From contig NC_042998.1 of NCBI RefSeq assembly GCF_006345805.1, positions 183,644,001-183,708,000 of the forward strand: a DNA stretch of 64,000 nt, in the 5' to 3' direction. The DNA is from Octopus sinensis (taxonomy: Eukaryota). The notes under the pieces were generated by a model. That model worked only from the letters and a program-made list of their open reading frames with translations. It was not told where the DNA came from and ran no database searches. Both the position numbers and the translations under genes were made by a program. Shown in pieces: positions 53,401 to 64,000 of the stretch (position 1 is the stretch's first letter; every line of letters begins with the position of its first letter).

Positions 53401-54116
53401 TAGTTTCTATTACCTCTTTAAAAAATGGCTGTGCAGCTCTCCTGGTGGAAGAATTGACCAACTGATAACACCTCAAGGCAAAAATCTACGGTAGTTTATA
53501 TTATGTGTCTGGTAGCATGCTCTAGACTGCAGTCCTATACTCACTTTCTGATTATATGAATTTCGGTAATCATATTGTGGGCAGTGACTCTTGCTTCCTT
53601 CTCAGTGCTGAATTCTAGCTTTCAGATCTCAGAACTGCTCTGCCTCTCATTAAGATCCACTAATTGCGTTTTAAAAATGCATTCCCATTGATGATTAGGC
53701 TTGGATTCTATCTTGAATGATGATCGTCTGGCATATGAAGTAGCTGCAGATAAAAGAATTCAACGATTAGTAGTGCTTACATATGATATAACGGCCATCC
53801 ATATTTATCTATCGCAGGTGAATCAGAGGTGGAGGGGAAAATGGTTTATTATTTTTTTTGCATTAAATTTGCATGTATTATGAAGACTAATGGAAAGTAG
53901 GCAGGTAATTAGTCAGTTTTATGAATTGTTGAATTTTATTTCGAAAGGGAATTGCTATTTTATTTTAGTTTATTAATTAATTCTTTCAGATCTGAGTTAT
54001 TTGTTTATACAGGGGAAAATAAAAAGTTCATGATTTACTGATACGGTGAATTGATGTCAATAGCATAATATACCGCCGTGTCTCTAGCTATACTCTCTCG
54101 ATGTCAATGTGCTACT

Positions 54117-54503
54117 GGATGGAAGCACTCCGTCGGTTACGACGACGAGGGTTCTGGTTGATCCGATCAACGGAACAGCCTGCTCGTGAAATTAACGTGT
54201 AAGTGGCTGAGCACTCCACAGACACGTGTACCCTTAACGTAGTTCTCGGGGATATTCAGCGTGACACAGAGAGTGACAAGACCGGCCCTTTGAAATACAG
54301 GTACAACAGAAACAGGAAGTAAGAGTGAGAGAAAGTTATGGTGAAAGAGTACAGCAGGGATCACCACCATCCCTGCCGGAGCCTCGTGGAGCTTTAGGTG
54401 TTTTCGCTCAATAAACACTCACAACGCCCGGTCTGGGAATCGAAACCGCGATCCTACGACCGCGAGTCCGCTGCCCTAACTACTGGGCCATTGCGCCTCC
54501 ACT
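54117..54503 (-). mobile_element. SINE family B, tail variant 2
   Basis: tRNA-Arg-like head; 11-bp TSD aatgtgctact (54106-54116 / 54504-54514). Confidence 0.9.
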
Positions 54504-54799
54504 AATGTGCTACTACCGTGCTGGAAGTGATGATTCTTAATTATAATAACGTTTGGAAATTATTGGATGAATTTGCAAATAAACATATAATTGTATAAAT
54601 TATACAAACAAATAATTACATAAATTATTGTTTTAGTTCCTCTCGACGACATGGAATAGGCGTGTAAGACATGTAAGGAAATGTTGAAGAATTAGCCATC
54701 TTGTATGACCACTTAATAACATTGAGATGGATAAGTGATTTAAATCTTTTAGGGTGGTTCAACGAAGCTGGGACAAAAAGCTAAGCAACGATATACAAA

Positions 54800-56330
54800 A
54801 TAAATTGACTCTGTTCTACAATGACTGACATCGTCACGAGAGATTTACTTGAAGTAGGCATAAGCCTTTCTTCAATTATTGCTGACGAATATGCCGATGA
54901 ATCCAATAAAGAACAATTTACTTAATGCGTTCGTTGGATCGACAAATGCTCGGTGGACAATAAGGAATTCCTGAATTTCTATTGCTTGTCAGTCACAAAA
55001 TCTTCTACAATATTTTTCATCTATCATAGATGCGTTAACAAGATTGTATCTACGTTTATGAAACTATAGCGGTGTATGCTTTTCAAGGAGCAAGTATCAT
55101 GATTGAGATGAAATCTGGAGTGGCCAAGTGTTTGGAAAAACTTCAGCTGAAGGGATTTAGCAATATATTGTCAAGCACATTCTTTGAGTGTGAATGAGAC
55201 TACAGGTCAATGCAAGATAATATATGACTTGAAGAGTAGCAGCAAAAAGATTGTTGCTGTAACCAAAGAGGAAGAATTTACTTGGTGAACTGGAGGGGGA
55301 AAAAAACGAAGGAATCTGAAAGCAAATTGATGCTCAGTTATACCTTAACTCTGAGTACCACTAGATGGACATTATACAACTGCTTGCTTTCAAAGGAGTT
55401 TTTTATATACTTATTCCAGTGTTGGTAAGAACGTGGATGGTCACAACTGAATGTTAATGTTTAGAGTCATCTAATTGAATATTAAGCTCAAATGGAAACG
55501 TTTAATATCTTTTTTGGACTAAATCACAGCCAGCTTTTGTACAAGAAATTTTATTATACAAGAAATTTATCAAAGTCATTACGAGTACTAAGATGTTGCA
55601 AACAGATGGACAGAGGGCGGATGAGATTACTGAAGTTTTACCGACATCTCGTCGAAGAGGGTTATATACGCCACAGAAGCCGGGGAACCAGTTTTATGAG
55701 CCTATGGCTCGGGAAGGACCTTTTCCCCCTAACAATATTGAGCGAAGATAGGGACACACCATTTCGTTTCAGAACCTGTTATTACTACAGAAACTAAAGA
55801 TCACTAGAAAAATTTAAAGGAGAAAGAGGAACGGCCGACAGCATCTTCCTTAATTCCCATTCCGTCGACTGCACAATATATTTTGCTGCCATAGTTACAA
55901 TAATCTGTTCGTTCAACCAACACTTTGATCAGCTGAGTTAAAAGGTATATTCAAGACAAGAGGTAATTTTTCTCAAGGCGATCAAGAAGACATCTCGTTA
56001 GAAATCCCTTTTATTAAGGCAAATTACATTGATGACAAGCACATTAATTCTTTATAGCCCAAATTCTGGTATTTGAAGTTTCAATGCGAAAGTCCTTTGT
56101 TTGTTGTTTGACTGACATTATAGATCATCTTAATGGGAAAAATTCCAGCCCATGGCAAACATTTAATTTCAGAGATTTGTGCAGTTTGCCAACCTTTATT
56201 GCAAATTCTGCAACATTTGCAACAGCTGAACGAAGACTTTCTCTAGAAAACCGATTAAAGACGTCTTCAGTCAAGGATGACACAAGAGAAATTATATTTT
56301 CTGGGAAAATTTCTTCATCGCAATGAATCA
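54800..56330 (+). mobile_element. Heavily decayed hAT transposase (ZMYM1-like/Tip100-type)
   Basis: FSIIADEYADESNKEQFT*CVRWID; STTRWT; C-terminal ATFATAERRLS..RLKT dimerisation-like motif; many stops. Confidence 0.75.
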
Positions 56331-56493
56331 ACAGCCAAAATAAATTCTGAAAGCAGCTGCAACAGAATTTGCTTTCAGAAATATTCTTACCAAATAGGCA
56401 AAATAATTTCGGCAGATTTTGACTAGTTGCATTGTATAACGACTGTTATTACTTTCAGAATGTAATCTTGTAACTGATAGTTTACTACACATA

Positions 56494-57005
56494 CCGTAAA
56501 TCCTCGAGTATAATCCGCATTTTATTCCCAAAATTTAAAGGTCAAAATCCCTAGTGCGTACTATATACGGGGTTAAAAAAGAAAAATATTTTCTAAGCAA
56601 TGTCCGAGTCTCTGTTTGCTGTCCGGCAATGTTTATTCAGACGCATTTTGTGATGTCGGAAGCGAAAATACCTTAAGCTAAGCCTGAAAGCAATGAAGTC
56701 ATAAAAGAATCGTCCATAACTTGCAGTAAGCAACATTTATTAAACGTTATTACTGTTATTTCTTTATTTTCTGCAAACAAAATGCACAAAAAAGCTGCAC
56801 GTTTGCATTATGTTATATATACAATAATAATAAAGGACGTTGCCGTATACATTTTTACAAACCAAGGACGTTATATAGACCTCCTTGACTAAAGTTAGAG
56901 AAGGGGTGCGTATTATACACATGGTTTAGGTTTTTCAGAGCTACAGCCCCCTAAAAACCCTCTGGGTATTATACTCAAAGGCGGACTATACTCGAGGATT
57001 TACGG
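56494..57005. mobile_element. pogo-like MITE, copy 2
   Basis: TIR ccgtaaatcctcgagtata, TA TSD. Confidence 0.9.
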
Positions 57006-57583
57006 TACATTACAAATTTTAACCAACGCTTTCCAAACCTCACAATCAAAAATAATACAAGTTATGGTCTCAGAAAAATCATGTATATTTTTCGTCCTAA
57101 ACGTTTTGTCTTTTGAGGATGTGCTATTTTTCTTATTAGCCTCTCTCCTTGCGCGCGCGTACACACAGACACACGTACACACACACACACACACACATCT
57201 GAACATGGATTTCGGTGCCTAAACTAAGACTCCATTTGCCAGCCACTACTTCCCAAGTACCAATTGTAATTTTGCTCTTGAAGATATTTAAACCTTGAAG
57301 ATATTTAAATTTAGAAAGAAAGGAAAATATTGCTAATTATCACATTTTTAAGAGAGAAAGAATTCAACGACTGTTCTCCCAGTATGTTTTTGCCCTATTG
57401 ATGTATTATTGCATAACACCTTATCAGATTACAAGAGAAAGGCGAAGTGCTTATATACAGCTTCAAGCTTCCACAATTCTGTTTACCCTCAGCTGATTAA
57501 GGATAACAATTTCTCCTTTCTGCATTCAATATTGTTTTCATATTTATTATTCTTTTAATCATTGTGAACTGAGTAGACATATA

Positions 57584-57975
57584 GGCGCAGGAGTGGCTGT
57601 GTGGTAAGTAGCTTGTTTACCAACCACATGGTTCCGGGTTCAGTCCCACTGCGTGGCACCTTGGGCAAGTGTCTTCTACTATAGCCTCGGGTCGACCAAA
57701 GCCTTGTGAATGGATTTGGTAGACGGAAACTGAAAGAAGCCTGTCGTATATATGTATGTGTGTGTGTTTGTGTGTCTGTGTTTGTCCCCCTAGCATTGCT
57801 TGAAAACCGATGCTGGTGTGTTTATGTCCCCGTAACTTAGCGGTTCGGCAAAACAGACCGATAGAATAAGTACTGGGCTTACAAAGAATAAATGCCGGGG
57901 TCGAGTTGCTCGATTAAAGGCGGTGCTCCAGCATGATCGCAGTCAAATGACTGAAACAAGTAAAAGAGTATAAGA
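57584..57975 (+). mobile_element. SINE family A
   Basis: Full-length copy. Confidence 0.9.
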
Positions 57976-58619
57976 GAGAGAGAGAGAGTATATAACCAAA
58001 GGTGTTACAGCTATGGCCAGCTCATTCTTCTCTCGGTCATTGCGTATCTAGGACTAAAATTATCCAATGTGACCTATTCTGTTTTGGAGAGTAGGGTGTT
58101 ATTCGAAGGAAATTTAGCTGTTATATTTAGCTGGTGGAGCCCTACACTTAGGTTCTCTCACTGCTGTTTATATTTATGTAGCTGTTGTTGCTGTCGCTGA
58201 GAACGGGAGAGAGCTACAAAAATATCTCATGAACAAATGCAACAGTAAAGCCATCAAAATCGTTGTCTCAGGTCTTATTGTTGCATCTGCTGTTGTCGTT
58301 GTAGTTGATTCTATACCAGCTGTCGTTCATCTCGCTGCGGCTGTTTATATTTATGTAGCTGTTGTTGCTGTCGCTGTTATTGCCGAAGACGTTGCCTTTT
58401 CTACAGTGTTGCATTTCAGTCCACAGTCTACAGTTTTTATTTTCTGTCGCCCACACAGACATACATATATATATATACACCGTTATATCACGTCACATTT
58501 CGAAACGTTATATGCATTTTGCAATCTGAGAAGAACGGGAGAGAGCTACAAAAATATCTCATGAACAAATGCAACAGTAAAGCAATCAAGTTCCTATAAT
58601 ACAACAGAAAAAGTCGATT

Positions 58620-59140
58620 ATTATTGTCATATTATTGTAAAAGATATAATACGTGATCAGCAGCTATCCAAAAATATTAAGGTACTATCACATGGTGTGG
58701 TATGATGTTGCTTTTAAAACTATGAACAATGCCATTCGTAAGAAAGACTATTCTGAGTTAAATAAAAGTATATTCCGGTAATCGAATACATAAATACGCA
58801 TCAAAACAAAGAATATTGGAGAAATATACCCATCAAAACTCCCGCCAAGTACAAAATTAATAGGCCTGATATACTTGTTTGAAACAGGAAAGAAAAACAA
58901 ATGTACAGTAATAGAAGTCAGCTGCCCTGCAGATGTGAACATTTCTTTCCAAATCAGTGAGAAAATGAATATTTGGGGTGACTACTTCGAAACCGATATC
59001 TTCTCTATCAAGAATATTTATATTCCGCATTTATAACTAAAATCGTTGGTACTCACTGTCTAAACGGTAATCTCGTAAAGCTAGCGTTTTCAGACAAAGA
59101 CAGTGACCAGCTAATAGATGCTTCAGAATTTATAATCTGT
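58620..59140 (+). mobile_element. Decayed RLE-type non-LTR endonuclease domain
   Basis: RPDILV...KCTVIEVSCPADVNISFQISEKMNIWG. Confidence 0.65.
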
Positions 59141-59274
59141 AAGCGGAACAATATAAGTACTTAGAGCTTTTAAAAGTTTAATATGTAGCACGCATAGCTT
59201 TTATTATCCAAATTTCAACGTTAGCACTTTGCTTCATTGTTAGAAACCAGCTCCTTACGTATAGGAAGCATTCA

Positions 59275-59309
<35 letters not shown>

Positions 59310-59311
<2 letters not shown>

Positions 59312-59522
59312 TATTCAGACAAATACATAACAAAAACACCAGGACTTACAAACACATATAACATACAGAAAATTGCACTACTAGGCACTGCACACATCCT
59401 TCGCAGAACACTTTCCATACAATAACCATCAGAGCATCACAACAAATCACAGCACATACCTAAGGCACACAAAGCTGCGCTCTGTAGTGAAGTGAAAGCA
59501 CGCTATAAAATAAAACTACTGA
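59310..59522 (+). mobile_element. 5'-truncated R4/Dong-like 3' end inserted in (TAA)n
   Basis: IQKIALLGTAHILRRTLSIQ* plus short UTR, (TAA)n on both sides. Confidence 0.85.
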
Positions 59523-59929
59523 ATAATAATAATAATAATGAGAAAGAGAAAGAACGGTGGACAGATAATCATAAATACTATGAAATAATTGACTTATGTT
59601 CTACATACACTACTATGCAAACAGTTACCCCTCCCACCAAACATACAAGAATAAACTCATACTGTAAATACCTAACAAAATAAACAATGCCCACAACATG
59701 TGCAATAGAAGGCCGATACCCGACAGAAGAATACAACCAGCGCTGCCCAAACAACATACAATACAAAAACTAATACAACAGAAGACAGAAACCAAACCCC
59801 ATAACAAAACATGCTGATACAATACAATAGCCCCCACCCCACAGATACAGCATACATCGCCCCACCAGCACGAAGGTGCAACAAATGATGCAATAGAAAG
59901 TTGCTTGAAACTTTCAGATGTCGAGAAAT

Positions 59930-61592
59930 AATAATGGTGACGAACGTTACCTTACCTCAGTTTATGAGAGACAGGAGTTTCCGAAGAAACTCTGGTTGTA
60001 ACAGCGAAAATGAAGCTGGACCTTTGTTCAGTAAATATGCAGACTAACCACAGCCAGTATCCTAATACCACATCAGCAGATAATAGAGCAAGGAGGAAAA
60101 AGTGGATCAGCGAAGAAAACAGGATAGTGATGCAGTGCCACTTAGAAAGTGAACCTAAAAGAAGGGGCTATAGAAAACAGACGTTAACACTTTGGCAAGA
60201 GAAGTATATGTTTAAAGTGACTGAGCAGAGATTAGTTGATCAAGCTAATGCTATAAGGAGAAGAAAGTGGATGACAGAATTGGAGGTAGAAGAAATCACA
60301 AGAGAGCTGGAAAAGAAAAACCAGGCAGTAGGAAAAACGAACAACATAAAAGATGCAGCTCAAACCAAAGAAGAATCTAAAGGAAAAATAAATAAATAAA
60401 AGCGCTACCAATAAGGAAGTGACAGCTAACACCAGCGACTTAGGTGATTTAAGTGAGGAAGATCAGAAGGTTTTTAGATGAGTTGCAGGAAGTAATGAGT
60501 AAAGAAGTAAGAAAAAGATTGCCTGTATTAAAAACCATCATCAGAAGGAAACTGCTAGAAATGACTAGGAAAGTAGATTCTGTTATCAGTAGGATAGATA
60601 CTAAAAATCTAGGAGACACTAATTTACTGATCTATGCAGGAGGGGTATTAGTTACTAGAAGATTAGATATCTCACAGAGAAAGATTAAAAAAGAGCAAAC
60701 GTGGAAAAGGAGACTACAAAAATAAAGACTTTAAGACAAGATCTGAGTAGAATAGAAACCTGGAAACTGAACAAGTTAGGAAGCGCATGATGCAAATCTT
60801 CTCTCGAGAAAAGTTACTTAGTCAATGATAAATGATTTGGGACAGTAATAGAAGAGTTGAAACCGCGTATCATAGCAGTAGCAGGCAAGCTCTCCATATA
60901 TCAGAAAAGAACAGATCAGTATCATTAAAATCGATTATTTGAGACAGACCAGAGGAGATTTTATAACTAAATAAATAGTTGAGGACGAAGTACTGAAGAT
61001 GAGAAACCTAATGCAGGAGAAGCTAGAAAGTTCTGGAGTAATTTTGGGATAAGCCAGTCAATCATAATGGAGATGCAGTATGGTTAAAGAAAGTGAGGGA
61101 AGAAATAGTGAGTGAGAAGCAGCCAGATCTAAGATTAACTAGTGCATTAATGAGCAAAATGTTAAGGAAAATGCTGAATTGGAAGGGTCCAGGACCAGAT
61201 TTAGTTCAAGGGTACTGGTTAAAGAAATTTAATAGTTTACATGGGAGGCTAGGGGAACAACTTCAAGATTGCCAGATTGGATGAATAGAGGGAGGACAAT
61301 ACTCACCATGAAAGATAAGAGCAAGGGTAATACAACTAACAACTATAAACCAATCACTTGTTAGTGAGGAATATGCTAACATGAATATTTTCAGAAAGTA
61401 TTTATGAGCACCTTGACAACCAGAATTTACTACCAGAAGAACAGAAAGGTTGCAGGAAGAAGGCTAGAGGAATGCATGATCTATTATACATAGACAAATC
61501 AGTTCTAAATGAAGTAAAAGCTAGAAAGAAAAATCTAACAAGAGCATGAATAGATTATAGGAAAGCCTATGACATGATCCCACACTCATGAA
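59930..61592 (+). mobile_element. R4/Dong-like non-LTR element, N-terminus to RT (pseudogenised)
   Basis: RKKWISEENRIVMQCHLES...EQRLVDQANAI; NWKGPGPDLVQGYWLKKF; NYKPITC; PEEQKGC; IDYRKAYDMIPHS; stops and frameshifts. Confidence 0.9.
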
Positions 61593-61983
61593 TAAAAGAA
61601 GTTTTTCCAAGGACTATTATTGAACTCTAAAAGCATAAAGATTCTACAATGTATTGGTATACTTATCTATTAATTTTTGTATATATGTATTATTTTTTTG
61701 AAAAAAAAAACATTGTAAATTTCTTTTTTCACCTTCCTCAATTTAAAAAAAATTTTCTTTTCCCCTTCCAAATCTTGAAAATTTGCTTTGCAATGAAAAC
61801 CGGTTTGATTTATTATTTTTTCTTTTTTAATTTTCCATACACCCATTTTTATTAAAATTTACTTTCAATTCTGCCTTATTATAATTTTTCCTCTCCTATT
61901 CATACATACATACATACATACATATTATTTATATTATCGTATGATTGAACTCCACGCATTCATTTCCAAGTATGTATGTGTGC

Positions 61984-62033
<50 letters not shown>

Positions 62034-62546
62034 ACGGTCTTCTTTCAGATTACGTCTACCAAATCCACTCACAAGGCTTTGATCAGCCCGAGGCTATAGC
62101 AGAAGACATTTACCCAAGGTGCCATGCCAAGGGACTGAACCCGGTACCATGTGGTTGGTAAATAAAGTACTTATCACACGGCCACTCCTGCGTGTAAATA
62201 CATATATGTGCAGGCGCGCGAGTATCTTTGTGTTTGTTCCTACACCGCTTGACAACCGGTATTGGTTTATTTATGTCCCTGCAACTTAGCGGTCGGCACA
62301 AGATACTGTTAGAATAAGTACCAGGCTTTAAAAAAATAATTCCTGGAACTGATTTGTTCAGCTAAATCCTTCAAGACGATACTCACAGCATGACTGCAGT
62401 CCAGTGATTGAAAGAAGGAAATAATGAAAGGTATTAATGATAAAGCTTCATTAGTTTCAAAGACAACTGCGTTTGTAATGCGAAATAGATGATTGCTTAC
62501 CAGCAATGTTTCGTGATTGGTAGAATTAGAAGCAACAACAGCTGAG

Positions 62547-62745
62547 TGGAGGTGCAATGGCCCAGTGGTTAGGGTAGCGAACTCGCGGTCGTAAGAACGC
62601 TGTTTCGATTCCCAGACCGGGGCATTGTGAATGCATATTGAGCAAAAACACCTAAGCTCCACGAGGCTCCGGCGGTGGTGGGGTGGGATGAATCCCGCTG
62701 TATTCTTTCACCACATCTTTCTCTCACTCTTTCTTCCTACTTCTG
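62547..62745 (+). mobile_element. SINE family B head with a third type of downstream sequence
   Basis: tggaggtgcaatggcccagtggttagggtagcgaactcgcggtcg. Confidence 0.8.
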
Positions 62746-63789
62746 CCACAAAGCAGAGGAACCATGGTGTAACCCACTATAGTGTGGTAAATTTTCAGAC
62801 CCTACTCTAGATATCGAATCCTCTGTACCCCAGGATGGTTCAGCTCTCCACCCGTTAAAAGCCACCGTTTACGGAATGAGGATAACAACGTAGCTTGTCT
62901 GCTGCCAGTGTGGTGGTTTACATTCTTTGTAGCTAAGAGTAGGCTCGAATTAGAGATTATTCCTTTTGGCTAATGGCGTGAGTCTTGATTGGAAGAAGAA
63001 GAAGAAGAAGAATAGCAGAAAATTTTATCATATGCTGCAACAAAATTAAATGACGTAAGTTTGACATAGTATTTAAAGATATGTTTGTTTAAATTTTCTT
63101 TTTGTTCTGGCGGAGCGAGTACAATACACGAAGGAAAATCTGGAGCTGCTATAAGATTAATTCAAGAATTTCCCAAACGTTATAATTTGGTACTGTTCGA
63201 GACATCGATTACAACCTTTAGATGAGACTATAAACGAAATCGATGAAAATCTGTCATTTCAATATTTTTTGACAAGATTTATGCTTTTTCCATCAATCTA
63301 ATAAAAGTTAACTGCAGCTTGAAAAGACTGCTGCAGAACTATATAGAGAAATAATCAAAATAGGCTGTATTTTTTGGTCCACGATAAGACTCCATTAGCC
63401 TCGAATTCTAAAGTGGCTTTGAGCGTTTATTCAGTTCTTTATGTTTTTTTTCTGTCTTTTTTTGTTTGTTTACAAGATAAGAAGTGCTCTAAAAATAGTA
63501 AAAATGTTTAAAAAGCAAAAAATTTGTAAGAGACTTGGTATTAATAATCAACTATTACCAAATGCGTTGCAATGAAGACATTGAGTGTCACAAAGCCAGA
63601 AAAACTCATGAAGTGTATCGTTAATTTTTTTTATACTATTAAAAATATAGTTATAGTATGCAGAAAAAGGAAATAAATGAACTAGCTAAATAATGCTTTG
63701 AATTGCATAGAAAACGAAGGGTTTGAGAAAAATAGATAGAGTGCATAATTGATAATGTGGAGGCAAAATTATTAACTGAAGATTAGTAC

Positions 63790-64000
63790 TGTCACTCCGT
63801 CGATTATGACGACGAGGGTTCCAGTTGATCCGATCAACGGAACAGCCTGCTCGTGAAATTAACGTGCATGTGGCTGAGCTTTCCACAGACACATGAGATT
63901 CAGTGTGATACAGAGTGTGACAAGGTTGGCCCTTTGAAATACAGGTACTACTCATTTTTGCCAGCTGAGTGGACTGGAACAACGTAAAATAAAGTGTCTT
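63790..64000 (-). mobile_element. SINE sharing the 54117-type tail but with a different body
   Basis: gacgacgagggttccagttgatccgatcaacggaacagcctgctcgtgaaattaacg then ccagctgagtggactgg. Confidence 0.75.

Noticed and set aside
60010-61284. Protein-like ORFs as a cellular gene
   Set aside because: Frameshifted pieces of one R4/Dong-like retrotransposon.

Overview
AT-rich, repeat-dense eukaryotic DNA, most likely an octopod cephalopod, inferred from tRNA-derived SINEs resembling the published Octopus OK/OR families and abundant (AT)n/(AC)n/(TAA)n microsatellites. No intact or recognisable cellular CDS is present. Most ORFs in the track are repeat or microsatellite artefacts. The window holds decayed retroelements (RTE, Penelope-like/GIY-YIG, Hero, R4/Dong-like), at least 3 SINE types, and DNA-transposon relics (Tc1, mariner, hAT, piggyBac-, pogo- and MULE-like MITEs, Helitrons). 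A GC-box/CpG-rich promoter-like zone lies at about 50.1-50.3 kb. Left of it the DNA is CpG-depleted and carries a chain of minus-strand exon-like segments, including three 39-nt microexon candidates and a 252-nt exon with a single in-frame TAG. This suggests most of the window is the intronic body of an unidentified minus-strand transcription unit. The notable oddities are a ~133-bp target-site duplication around a SINE, a 5'-snap-back RTE insertion, several unique-sequence inverted repeats and hairpins, degenerate hammerhead-like motifs and modular SINE tail swapping. All coordinates were read by eye and no database searches were run.
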